A DNA stretch of 64,000 bases from an uncultured Bacteroidales bacterium (GCA_900319025.1 ONMT01000001.1:8462-72461), one strand, 5' to 3'; positions 37,484-46,507 are shown, numbered from the stretch's first letter. Notes: a model not told the origin generated them from the letters alone. Program-made: numbers and translations.

Positions 37484-40400
37484 ATGAAAAGAATTGCTTC
37501 TTTTTTGGCACTTATCCTATTTAGTGCTTTCACTTTTGCGGCGGTAAGTATTACCGTCAGTCCTAACAACGTCGATTTCGGCGAAGTAAGTATCAAAGGA
37601 AAAACCTCGGTTGAAGGCTCTACAACCATCGACGTTACCTACAGCGGTTTAATACCCTACTGCGGCGTTGTATTCGAAGATGACGCGATGCCAAGCGATG
37701 GAGCCGCTTTCTGGCTCGATGGAACCAACGTGGATGGCTGGATCTACGGTGGTGACCAATACACCCCAGCCGAAGGAAATGGACTCACATTGCACTACTA
37801 TGCAGACGCGGCTGGCACATACACCGGTAAGATCCGCTTTTACAGTTATAATAGCGCAGATGACTGGTCCAATGAGGTTCCCGGCACGTCCTATTACCTG
37901 ACGATGAAACTGGTGGTTACGGACGAAGCTATCGTTCCTAAAACCATTCCGTTTGAGCGCATTGAGAACACCAGCGGACTGAAAGATGGCGACACTATTA
38001 TCTTCGTCAGCGAGGCAAAGGGAGCCGTTTGCGGTCCGCTGTACACCACCTATTTGCCGGCTATTACAGAGGGCGTAACCATCGACGCAACTAACCACAA
38101 AGCCGAAATCCCAGAGACCGGCGTTCAAATGTTCAGAGCTGCTAAATACAGCGGCAACTGGCAGTTCATTTATCCGGATGACAACGAAAAAGCCTTGCTT
38201 CTGGACTATAGCTCGAACAGCGGAAAGGGTGCCTTCTCCACTACGTATGAAGCCGGCAAAACGGTGAAGAGTTGGGAGATCAGCATCAGCAACGGTGTAG
38301 CATCCGTCATCCGTCCGAATGATGCAGATCCTGCATACCCGGTTCGGTTCAACGACGACCGCTTCAAGCCATACAAAACCGAGGCTACCGGTACTTCTTT
38401 CGCTATCTATAAGAAAGTAGGTGCTGCTGCAGAAATAAAAAGCAAGTTAGAGATAGGTGCCATTGATTTCGGCACCGTAGAACTGAACGAAACGAAAGAA
38501 GTGAAGGTCAACTACACCGCCGAGAACCTGACAGAGGATATTATGTGGGACATCACGGGAACAGACAAAGCGCTGTTCAGCGTTAGCCCTGAACAGAGCA
38601 CAGATCGTACCAGCGGCAGTGTAACCGTTAAGTATTTAGGAACAGCCTCAGCCGTTAAGGCTATTGACGCCAAACTCTACGCATTGACTCAAGACGCTGC
38701 ACTGGACGAATTGGAGAAAGAAGTCCCCATCAGCATCACGCTGACAGCAAGCACGATTAAACTCACGAAGATTGAGTTCGACGGAGCTCCGGATTCATTG
38801 GTTAAAGGTACATCCATTGACCTCAAACCGTACTTGAAACTGACGCCGGACAATGCAGCGGACAAATCACTCACATGGACGGTGGACAATAGCTACCAAG
38901 GTACCGTCGAAGATGGCGTATATACTGCTAAAAACGTAACGGGCAATGTGACTATCACAGCTACATCCGTTAAAGTGCCAAGCGTAAGCGCAAGCATTAC
39001 ACTCATGCAGTATGAGCCGAAACCGGCAAGTATAACACTGGACAAACATGAGATTACCACCTATATAGGCGAAGTGGTGACACTGCAAGGTACAGTAGGA
39101 CCGGAAGGCGCAAGCCAGGATTGCTACTTCACCATTCGCAACAAGGATATTCTGACCTATAGCAAGGGAGATGTAACAGGCTCCGCCAAACTGACAGCCA
39201 AAGCGCTGTGCCCCGAAGGCACATGGGTTGTCGTTAATCCGAAGAACTATCAAACGATTCTGGACAGCTGCTTGGTTAAAGTCGTGCCTGTATCGGTTGA
39301 GGGCGTTGCTTTCAACCCAGCAACCAAGGAACTCGCCGTTGGTGCTACCTACCAATTGGAACCGGTTGTTACACCTGCCTCAGCGGCAAGCCAATATACA
39401 GCCGCTTACGAGAGCAACAACACCGTGGTAGTTACTGTCGATGCTGACGGTAAAGTGACCGCTGTTGCTGAAGGTACCGCAGAAATCACATGCACACTTG
39501 GCGGCAAGAGCGGCAAGATAACCATCAACGTCGTTGGCGCCAAGTTCTTCACCAAAGTGACAGAGGCAAGCAAGATGCAAGCAGGCGACACCATTATCTT
39601 GGCGAGCACGTTGACTATAAGCAGCGTAGCAACACCTGCAGCAGGCGGCAATCCTAACTCCAGCGGTAACCTGAATATAATCACCGAAGGAGTCACCCTG
39701 ACCTCCACTACCGCCGCTTGCGAGACAGCTATGGTACTCGTTGTCGGAGGCACAGCTGATAATTACACCTTGACCCTCTTAGGCACCACAAGCAAATTAG
39801 CAGCAGCCGACGATAAGAAATTAGGCACAAGCGCCACCAAAAACAATACATGGAAATTTGACACCGACGGCACCGGTATTATCGTCAGAAATACCACCTA
39901 CCCGGCTAAGTGCATCAGTTACAACAGCCAATCCGGTATGATTCGTCAATACGCAACCGGTGCAAACGTTACCCCACTCTACGTCTATGTTCGTCCGTTT
40001 GAGGCTCCCGTACTGCCCGATGCAACAGGTATCACGTTGGATCAGAGCGCATACAATACACATGTCGGCGACAAGGATATCACGCTCAAGGCCACTGTTA
40101 CTCCGTCCGACGCAGACCAAGCCGTTATATGGGAGAGCAGTAACACCGCTGTTGCCACTGTCAACGCAAGCGGTAAGGTTCACCCCGTTAGCACAGGTAC
40201 CGCCGTCATCACCGCGAAAGTGAAGAGCAACGAGAGTCTGAAAGCCGAGTGCACGGTAAACGTACTCGCTTGGACCGTTGAGTATGTCGAGTTCGACATC
40301 ACCGGCAACCTGAACCTGAAAGTAGGCGAACAAGAGACGGTTACCGCTACAGCTTATCCTATCGGACACGGCTTCAAAGTTGATTACTACACGAGCGATG

Positions 40401-40963
40401 AGAATGTGGCCACCGTAACTATCGGCGGCGTAGTAACCGGTGTAGCAGCAGGCGATGCCGTTATTACCGCTAAGTCCGGAGACAAAGAAGCTACCCTGAA
40501 CGTACACGTAACAGCTGCTGCCGTACCGGAAGACAAAGGTGCAATCTCAGTTGCTGACTTCCTGGCAGCGAAAGACGGATTTAATATCTACACACTGACC
40601 GGCGTAGTAGCTAACATCACCAATACTAAATACGGTAACTTTGACTTAATCGACGAGACCGGAAAGATTTACATCTACGGTCTGCTTAACGCTGCCGGAG
40701 AAGCACAGAAGTTCGCAGAACTCAATGTAGCCGAAAAAGACACCGTGACCTTGAAAGGTTCATATAGCGAGCACAATAACAAAGCACAAATAAAAGATGC
40801 ATTATTTGTATCGGTTAAGAAATATGTTGAACCGGTAGGTCCGTCCACCGCTATCGACGCTGTCATGAAACAAGGACAGGCAACGAAAGTCTTACGTCAA
40901 GGACAACTCATCATCATCCGTGACGACAAAGAATATAACGCGGTCGGCAAACGCGTAAAATAA
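37484..40963 (+). CDS. Giant cell-surface protein: signal peptide, Ig-like N-terminal domains, two copies of an unnamed ~160-aa module, about five Big_2 domains, an OB-fold and a conserved C-terminal tail
   Basis: Signal peptide MKRIASFLALILFSAFTFA. Big_2-like segments include LTWTVDNS..GVYTAKNVTGNVTITAT, YESNNTVVVTVDADGKVTAVAEGTAEITC and WESSNTAVATVNASGKVHPVSTGTAVITA. The OB-like segment is YTLTGVVANITNTKYGNFDLIDETGKIYIYG. The tail is KVLRQGQLIIIRDDKEYNAVGKRVK. Confidence 0.8.
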   Translation: MKRIASFLALILFSAFTFAAVSITVSPNNVDFGEVSIKGKTSVEGSTTIDVTYSGLIPYCGVVFEDDAMPSDGAAFWLDGTNVDGWIYGGDQYTPAEGNGLTLHYYADAAGTYTGKIRFYSYNSADDWSNEVPGTSYYLTMKLVVTDEAIVPKTIPFERIENTSGLKDGDTIIFVSEAKGAVCGPLYTTYLPAITEGVTIDATNHKAEIPETGVQMFRAAKYSGNWQFIYPDDNEKALLLDYSSNSGKGAFSTTYEAGKTVKSWEISISNGVASVIRPNDADPAYPVRFNDDRFKPYKTEATGTSFAIYKKVGAAAEIKSKLEIGAIDFGTVELNETKEVKVNYTAENLTEDIMWDITGTDKALFSVSPEQSTDRTSGSVTVKYLGTASAVKAIDAKLYALTQDAALDELEKEVPISITLTASTIKLTKIEFDGAPDSLVKGTSIDLKPYLKLTPDNAADKSLTWTVDNSYQGTVEDGVYTAKNVTGNVTITATSVKVPSVSASITLMQYEPKPASITLDKHEITTYIGEVVTLQGTVGPEGASQDCYFTIRNKDILTYSKGDVTGSAKLTAKALCPEGTWVVVNPKNYQTILDSCLVKVVPVSVEGVAFNPATKELAVGATYQLEPVVTPASAASQYTAAYESNNTVVVTVDADGKVTAVAEGTAEITCTLGGKSGKITINVVGAKFFTKVTEASKMQAGDTIILASTLTISSVATPAAGGNPNSSGNLNIITEGVTLTSTTAACETAMVLVVGGTADNYTLTLLGTTSKLAAADDKKLGTSATKNNTWKFDTDGTGIIVRNTTYPAKCISYNSQSGMIRQYATGANVTPLYVYVRPFEAPVLPDATGITLDQSAYNTHVGDKDITLKATVTPSDADQAVIWESSNTAVATVNASGKVHPVSTGTAVITAKVKSNESLKAECTVNVLAWTVEYVEFDITGNLNLKVGEQETVTATAYPIGHGFKVDYYTSDENVATVTIGGVVTGVAAGDAVITAKSGDKEATLNVHVTAAAVPEDKGAISVADFLAAKDGFNIYTLTGVVANITNTKYGNFDLIDETGKIYIYGLLNAAGEAQKFAELNVAEKDTVTLKGSYSEHNNKAQIKDALFVSVKKYVEPVGPSTAIDAVMKQGQATKVLRQGQLIIIRDDKEYNAVGKRVK

Positions 40964-40985
40964 CGGTTTAAATACCAAATACTAT

Positions 40986-41023
40986 AAAAAAAGTGCAGTT
41001 TCAACAAAAACTGCACTTTTTTA
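40986..41023 (+). terminator. Hairpin terminator (cassette copy C)
   Basis: 10-bp stem agtgcagttt (40992-41001) / aaactgcact (41008-41017), flanked by A and T runs. Confidence 0.65.
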
Positions 41024-41047
41024 TTTGCACACTTGCAAAAAAAAGAT

Positions 41048-41055
41048 TAACTTTG
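41048..41055 (+). promoter_or_regulatory. -7 box TAACTTTG for the OmpA-family gene
   Basis: caaaaaaaagatTAACTTTGcagcc, 30 nt upstream of the ATG at 41085. Confidence 0.55.
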
Positions 41056-41084
41056 CAGCCGTTTTTGCTTTATTATCTAATACA

Positions 41085-42662
41085 ATGAAAAACAGTTGGC
41101 TGATTGTACCGCTGTTATGCGTGCCGTCATTATTGTTTGGTCAGAACGATACGCTACGGATTATACGTACTTCTGATGAACCCAATCGCACGGAGGTAAA
41201 AGAACAGCGTTATGAAATGGAAGACACCGAGGAGTTGAAAAAGACTCCTGATAGCCTGTCACGCGTAGAGATAACCACAATTCATTATTTCATTGACACC
41301 CTTACGCAAGTAGCTTACGTGCCGGACAGCACGGCGAAACAGCGTGAGGAGATTATTCGTGTGGACTCGACTGACCGTCGCGGACATTATATTGAGGCGT
41401 ACGTGGGTTTGAGCTACGGTAGTCTCGGTTACGGATTTACGGATGACGAGAGTAGCGTCAACGGGTTCGTCAGTCCTTTGCTGCAAATACAATATGCCTA
41501 TTTCTTCCACCCGAACTGGGGTGTCGGAGCAGGACTATGGTACACCTATAGTTCTTCTACGGCGCACATAGGCGGTACGTACACTTGGGAAGGGCAGACT
41601 GATACCGATTTGGAGCAGCGTTATACACATACCTCTGAGGTCGTTGAATGGGACGAACGCCAGTGGATGCATAATTTAGCTATTCCTATCTCGCTCCAGT
41701 TCCAGTGGTTGCACAAGAGCGGCAAAGCCGGAGTCTTCGCTGCCGTAGGATTGGCACCCTCTTTCTCCGTAGCTAATTCGTATAGTGTAAAAAAAGGACA
41801 AGTGAACCACAGCGGCTATTATCCTGCATGGGATTTGACGCTGAAAGACATGCACGAGTTCGGCACAAAAGACTATGCGCAGGAACAGTCTGCCAAGGGC
41901 AAATTAATCGTCAGCCCGCAAGCGACAGTCTTTGCAGACGTAGGTGCATTGGTGCCTTTGACCAAACAAATAGATTTATTCGCCGGACTTTATTTCCAAT
42001 GCGGAGCAAACGATGCCAACAAGTCTGACAAACACGCATTAGGTTGGAAGGATGAGAACTTCACCTTTATGGAGGACTACACCGGCGCCTACTCTTTGAA
42101 TACGACCAAATCGTCCCATCCATACGAGGTGGGGATCAAAGTCGGAGTACACTGGCATCATATCGGTAAGGACCAACATAACATAATCGACTATTTCGAC
42201 TACTTCACCCGTCATGATACCATCGTCTCGATACTCAATCGCCATGATACCGTCATTACCGAGCGTATCGATACTCTCACCCGCGCCCATATTGCCAAAG
42301 CGGCGGAGGAAGTGGAAAAATTCAACAAGATATACTTCGATTACGACAGTTACAAGCTTTCCGAGGCGTCACAGGACTACCTTGCGTCTATCGTAGGCGT
42401 GCTTAACAAAGTACCGGACGCAAAGATTTCGATTGACGGTCACGCTTCGGAGGAAGGGCAGCGGCTACACAATGAACGGTTGGCATATAACCGCGCCAAA
42501 GCAGTAGCGAAATTCCTCGTTAATCAAGGTATTGACAAGGAACGCGTCATCGTGATTGGTCATGGCTCGTTAGTGCCTAATGAAGAAAATATAAACCACG
42601 AATTGACTCTTGACCGACGCGTTGAAGTGAAAGTGGTGCAAAAACAAAGTGAATTACAATAA
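41085..42662 (+). CDS. OmpA-family outer-membrane protein (N-terminal beta-barrel-like region plus C-terminal OmpA/peptidoglycan-binding domain)
   Basis: I trimmed the start to MKNSWLIVPLLCVPSLLFGQ because the track start at 41025 runs through the promoter. The C-terminus IYFDYDSYKL..IDGHASEEG..NERLAYNRAKAV..DRRVEV is the OmpA_C signature. Confidence 0.82.
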   Translation: MKNSWLIVPLLCVPSLLFGQNDTLRIIRTSDEPNRTEVKEQRYEMEDTEELKKTPDSLSRVEITTIHYFIDTLTQVAYVPDSTAKQREEIIRVDSTDRRGHYIEAYVGLSYGSLGYGFTDDESSVNGFVSPLLQIQYAYFFHPNWGVGAGLWYTYSSSTAHIGGTYTWEGQTDTDLEQRYTHTSEVVEWDERQWMHNLAIPISLQFQWLHKSGKAGVFAAVGLAPSFSVANSYSVKKGQVNHSGYYPAWDLTLKDMHEFGTKDYAQEQSAKGKLIVSPQATVFADVGALVPLTKQIDLFAGLYFQCGANDANKSDKHALGWKDENFTFMEDYTGAYSLNTTKSSHPYEVGIKVGVHWHHIGKDQHNIIDYFDYFTRHDTIVSILNRHDTVITERIDTLTRAHIAKAAEEVEKFNKIYFDYDSYKLSEASQDYLASIVGVLNKVPDAKISIDGHASEEGQRLHNERLAYNRAKAVAKFLVNQGIDKERVIVIGHGSLVPNEENINHELTLDRRVEVKVVQKQSELQ

Positions 42663-42674
42663 GGAGGACGTGAT

Positions 42675-45600
42675 ATGAAAAAATATATAGTATTCGTTTT
42701 ACTGTTGGGCTTGACATGTAACTTGAATGCCCGTAACTTCGTCAAGAACGAGAATATCTATGTCAAAGTGGATCAGACGGACGCCGTCGGCGACTGGTCC
42801 AAGGACGGTGCCAAGTTGTTTCTGTACCTATGGAACGAAAGCGACGACAAATGGTTAACGCTGTCCCCTATTACATCAGGTAGTAAGATATACCGTGCTA
42901 CGTTTGATGCTAATGGTAATTACAACAAGATTCTGATTATACGTAAGTCTTCAAGCGGTACTTCAGGAAACTGGGATAATCGTTGGAACCAGACATGCGA
43001 TTTGAGTGTACCGTCCGCCATCAACTGTAATATCATTACGGAGTTTGCTACCAAAAATAATGTGTCGGACGTATGTACAGGTACTTCCACATGGAAGACC
43101 TACACCCCTGCCGTTTCCACCATTCCGAATGTCAATACCATCAAAAGCAGCGGTGTAACGGAGGAAGTTATCCGCGTTTGTCCCGACGCAGCGGCTGACC
43201 CGTTCTCTTTGCGCGTCAAACTTAATGCTGCTAAAACGGCCTATTTATATGACGATGTGAGCGGGCACGGCTGGTTCTACTCTGCCGATGGAAGCACATG
43301 GAGTTCCGTTGATTCGTACGCAGGAAACATCCGGGATGAGGAGAAAGACAAAGACTACCTCAAGAATAAATTCCCCGCCTCTTTACCTACGGCGTTCTAT
43401 TACTACTTGTATTCCAACATTCCCTCCGGTCGTCGTTTGATTAAGATTATTCCCAATGCCGTATGTGAATTGGACTGTTCCATCACATCGTTTGAGACAG
43501 CCATCTCAGCCGTCAATGCCGATGATAACACCTATACATTGGACGGCATGGTGGCTTTCGCCGAGCCGAACGGCAAGCTGGTGATTGAGTGCGACGGCAA
43601 GTCGGTCACCATTAATTCTCCACGGAGCCCGCAGTCATTCTCCCTCAACAAAGTGCCGGCAGCCACTGTCGGAGGAACGACCACCACGGCCAAAGCATAT
43701 TTTACCGGTAACACAGCCTGTACCAAAACCATCACCATCAATGTTCCAGATGCCACACAAGCCGTAGAAACAGTCACCAAAGACACGCTTGCAGGCGCAA
43801 GCATAACGCTCTCACCCGTTGGTGCTGACAGTAAAAACGATTATTTCTGGTTAGCAGGAAAAGATACTGTCAAAGGTGCCGCCCAAAACTACCAACTGCC
43901 TGTGTATAACAAAGACACCCAAATCGTTTATATCTATAAGGAGTTCTATCCTATCAGCGGAACGATGGACGACATGATGTCTAATGGCAATTATGAGGAC
44001 AAAACATTCAATTACGGCAAGTATGGCCAGAAAAGCAACATAAGCGACTATAACTATTGGGGCATTCACCAGCAGACAAATCCTGATCAGGACATTCACT
44101 TCTATGACACATGCTCTTTGCGCGCTAAACCTCAAGACCCTTTGCATAACGGATTTGCCGTCGTGCGCAATGCAAACATGTTCCACTCTACCTTCGCTAA
44201 AATAAAAGCACGCGAAGGCAATAACTTCGCTTTGTTTGATGCCGCAACCGGTACCGCCGGAGGTAACAAGAGAGCATGGTACGCCACTACTGCTACCAAT
44301 CCCGCACTCAAACTCAAAAAAGGAACTACTTACGTACTCTCTTTCTGGGCTGCCAACCTCAATAACTTCGGCGAAATGGAAAATGCCGCACGGTTTAAGT
44401 TCCGCATTCAGTATAACGGAAAAACGAAAGAATCCGCGGTGCTTGACCTTGGTTCTACCGAATTCAGAAATAACCTCTGGCACCAGCACTCCGAGACTTT
44501 CTATGCCGACGAAGATTGCGATAATGTGACTATTTCTGTTGTCAATCTCAACACCAATGTATTGGATATAGGTAATGACTTCGCGTTGGATGACATCCAG
44601 TTCCACGCTATCAGTAGTATTTCCAAAGTGGTCAAGTCACAACAGAAGTTTATTGTCACTTTCCACGAAACGAAGATAGACGCTTTCACAGCAACGGTGC
44701 TCCCAGTGGATTGTGACAGCGATTACTACACTATAGCCATGCACGTGGACTACAAAAATCCTAACGGACAACTCATCATCAAGGACCTCACAACCGGCAC
44801 AGAATACCCATACGATGTCACGGCTCCATACGACACGCCATCTTCGCTGGACAAGACGATTACTATCTCCACCAAAGAGCCGACGCACAACTGGGAAGTT
44901 TATTTCGCCGGATGGCCGACTGCTAAGAAAACAGCAACGACCGTTATTCCGGGCTTCCCCGCAATCGAAGCAAACAACTTCACACTTACTACGCCCACCT
45001 GTTCAGACTTGACAACCACACTCACTTTTGACCTTGATTACACTTACCAGCAAGGCACTCTTACCTACTGGGTGGACGGGCAGACAGCACAAACGGGCAC
45101 TTACAGTGTTGCCGATAAAACCAAACAGACACTTACCGGACTGACCGTTGCGGATATTCCTGCAGACGGACTTGCGACACATAAACTGCACATATCGTTC
45201 GACGGACCTAACAGTTGTATTAAGGAGTTCACGCTCCCTGCGGTTCCTTTCTCGCCCGTGATTAATAACGTATCCGTTAGCGGCGTTCCCGCACAAGTGG
45301 ACTGCAATGCCGATGACTATACCATCACCGTCACCATCACTACTCCGTATAACGCTACAGGGCATAATATCGTCCTTACTTACGACGATAAAGGAGCTAA
45401 GACAACCACCATCCCCGCTACCGGTACGACGACCACGACGACCGTCACTATGCACAATCCGGGCGCTACTCCGCTAACAATCACCGCCGCCTTCGAGACT
45501 ACTCCCGCGTGCACCAAAACATCCGACGCATTTACTCCGCCTGTACGCTTTGCTTGTAACGTGTATATAGAGACTATTTGCGAAGGTGAGAGTTATACCA

Positions 45601-46301
45601 AGCACGGATTTAACATCATCACACCGCCAGTAGGTATTGACACTTTCGCTTTGGGATACGATTCGCTCATACTGACCGTACAAACGCTTCCCGCTATTCA
45701 TACGACTAACAGCTCTGTTGTCTGTGATGACGAGAACACAATCCGCCTGCCTTTCACTCCCGATACAGGGACGCCCGACTCTTTCGTTGTACGAATCAAC
45801 AATACCGATTACGATGCAACAGTTTCAGGAACAGACCTTGTTTTTGCACGCCCGACTAATCTGCCCCCAGGGGATTATAACGCAACCGTCATTACCGGAC
45901 GCAAGGGCTCTGCTTGCACCACTGCACAGGACTTCACCATCCGCATATCGGACTCACACCTGATGTATCGCAAGTGGGAGGATGTACTCTTCATCGACAA
46001 CTCATCCAAACGCTTTGTCAAATATCAATGGTTTGAGAACGGAGCACTGATACCCGGTAAAACAGAACAACAACTTTATAATCCGGAAGGTCTGACCGGC
46101 ACCTATTTCTGTCGGGTTACAACTGATGACGGTTCTGTTTTCTATACCTGCGAATCGGCATTTGACGATGTCCCACGTAGCCGGGATGCGGTCAACGACA
46201 AGCAACCTGCCGAAACCGTACGCAAAGTTCTGCGCCAGGGACAACTCATCATCATCCGCGAGGAGAAAGAATACAACCTTCTCGGCGGCAGAGTGAAATA
46301 G
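42675..46301 (+). CDS. Giant cell-surface protein: signal peptide, N-terminal starch-binding-like beta-sandwich, central CBM4/9-like jelly roll, Ig-like Thr-rich region, and the same C-terminal tail as the 37484 gene
   Basis: Signal peptide MKKYIVFVLLLGLTCNLNA. The jelly-roll-like region runs from GNYEDKTFNYG to GNDFALDDIQFHAIS. The tail is KVLRQGQLIIIREEKEYNLLGGRVK. Confidence 0.78.
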   Translation: MKKYIVFVLLLGLTCNLNARNFVKNENIYVKVDQTDAVGDWSKDGAKLFLYLWNESDDKWLTLSPITSGSKIYRATFDANGNYNKILIIRKSSSGTSGNWDNRWNQTCDLSVPSAINCNIITEFATKNNVSDVCTGTSTWKTYTPAVSTIPNVNTIKSSGVTEEVIRVCPDAAADPFSLRVKLNAAKTAYLYDDVSGHGWFYSADGSTWSSVDSYAGNIRDEEKDKDYLKNKFPASLPTAFYYYLYSNIPSGRRLIKIIPNAVCELDCSITSFETAISAVNADDNTYTLDGMVAFAEPNGKLVIECDGKSVTINSPRSPQSFSLNKVPAATVGGTTTTAKAYFTGNTACTKTITINVPDATQAVETVTKDTLAGASITLSPVGADSKNDYFWLAGKDTVKGAAQNYQLPVYNKDTQIVYIYKEFYPISGTMDDMMSNGNYEDKTFNYGKYGQKSNISDYNYWGIHQQTNPDQDIHFYDTCSLRAKPQDPLHNGFAVVRNANMFHSTFAKIKAREGNNFALFDAATGTAGGNKRAWYATTATNPALKLKKGTTYVLSFWAANLNNFGEMENAARFKFRIQYNGKTKESAVLDLGSTEFRNNLWHQHSETFYADEDCDNVTISVVNLNTNVLDIGNDFALDDIQFHAISSISKVVKSQQKFIVTFHETKIDAFTATVLPVDCDSDYYTIAMHVDYKNPNGQLIIKDLTTGTEYPYDVTAPYDTPSSLDKTITISTKEPTHNWEVYFAGWPTAKKTATTVIPGFPAIEANNFTLTTPTCSDLTTTLTFDLDYTYQQGTLTYWVDGQTAQTGTYSVADKTKQTLTGLTVADIPADGLATHKLHISFDGPNSCIKEFTLPAVPFSPVINNVSVSGVPAQVDCNADDYTITVTITTPYNATGHNIVLTYDDKGAKTTTIPATGTTTTTTVTMHNPGATPLTITAAFETTPACTKTSDAFTPPVRFACNVYIETICEGESYTKHGFNIITPPVGIDTFALGYDSLILTVQTLPAIHTTNSSVVCDDENTIRLPFTPDTGTPDSFVVRINNTDYDATVSGTDLVFARPTNLPPGDYNATVITGRKGSACTTAQDFTIRISDSHLMYRKWEDVLFIDNSSKRFVKYQWFENGALIPGKTEQQLYNPEGLTGTYFCRVTTDDGSVFYTCESAFDDVPRSRDAVNDKQPAETVRKVLRQGQLIIIREEKEYNLLGGRVK

Positions 46302-46479
46302 TCAGCAAGCTGCAAAAACCAAACTAATCAGCAAACTGCAAAAAACAAACTAGTCAGCAAACTGATAAAGCAGAAATAGTCAGCAAACTGCAAAAAATAA
46401 ATAGTCAGCAAGCTGCAAAAAACAAACTAGTCAGCAAACTGCAAAAAATAAATAGTCAGCAAACTGATGAAAACAAAAA
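46299..46479 (+). repeat. Seven tandem 25-27-bp repeats (tagtcagcaaRctgcaaaaaaYaaac)
   Basis: Units start at 46299, 46325, 46351, 46377, 46402, 46428 and 46453. The first unit contains the stop codon of the 1208-aa CDS. Confidence 0.9.
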
Positions 46480-46480
46480 T

Positions 46481-46507
46481 AGGCGAGACCAATCTCGCCT
46501 ATTTTTG
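46481..46507 (+). terminator. Rho-independent terminator
   Basis: aggcgaga (46481-46488) / tctcgcct (46493-46500), followed by atttttg. Confidence 0.75.

Noticed and set aside
41025-41084. Upstream starts of the OmpA-family gene (41025) and of the 49690 and 703-2100 ORFs
   Set aside because: The extra codons overlap the TAnnTTTG promoter boxes and would remove the signal peptide from the N-terminus. I chose the internal ATG followed by a signal peptide or conserved N-terminus.
29954-46301. Calling the accessory block a mobile element, ICE or prophage
   Set aside because: I saw no integrase, transposase, relaxase, phage structural gene, tRNA-adjacent att site or long terminal inverted repeat in the window. 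Only internal direct repeats and a possible codon-usage shift support foreign origin.
46299-46479. Possible CRISPR array (regular ~26-bp repeats)
   Set aside because: The repeats are directly abutting with no unique spacers. The units are too short and A-rich, and no cas genes or leader are present. This is a plain tandem repeat.
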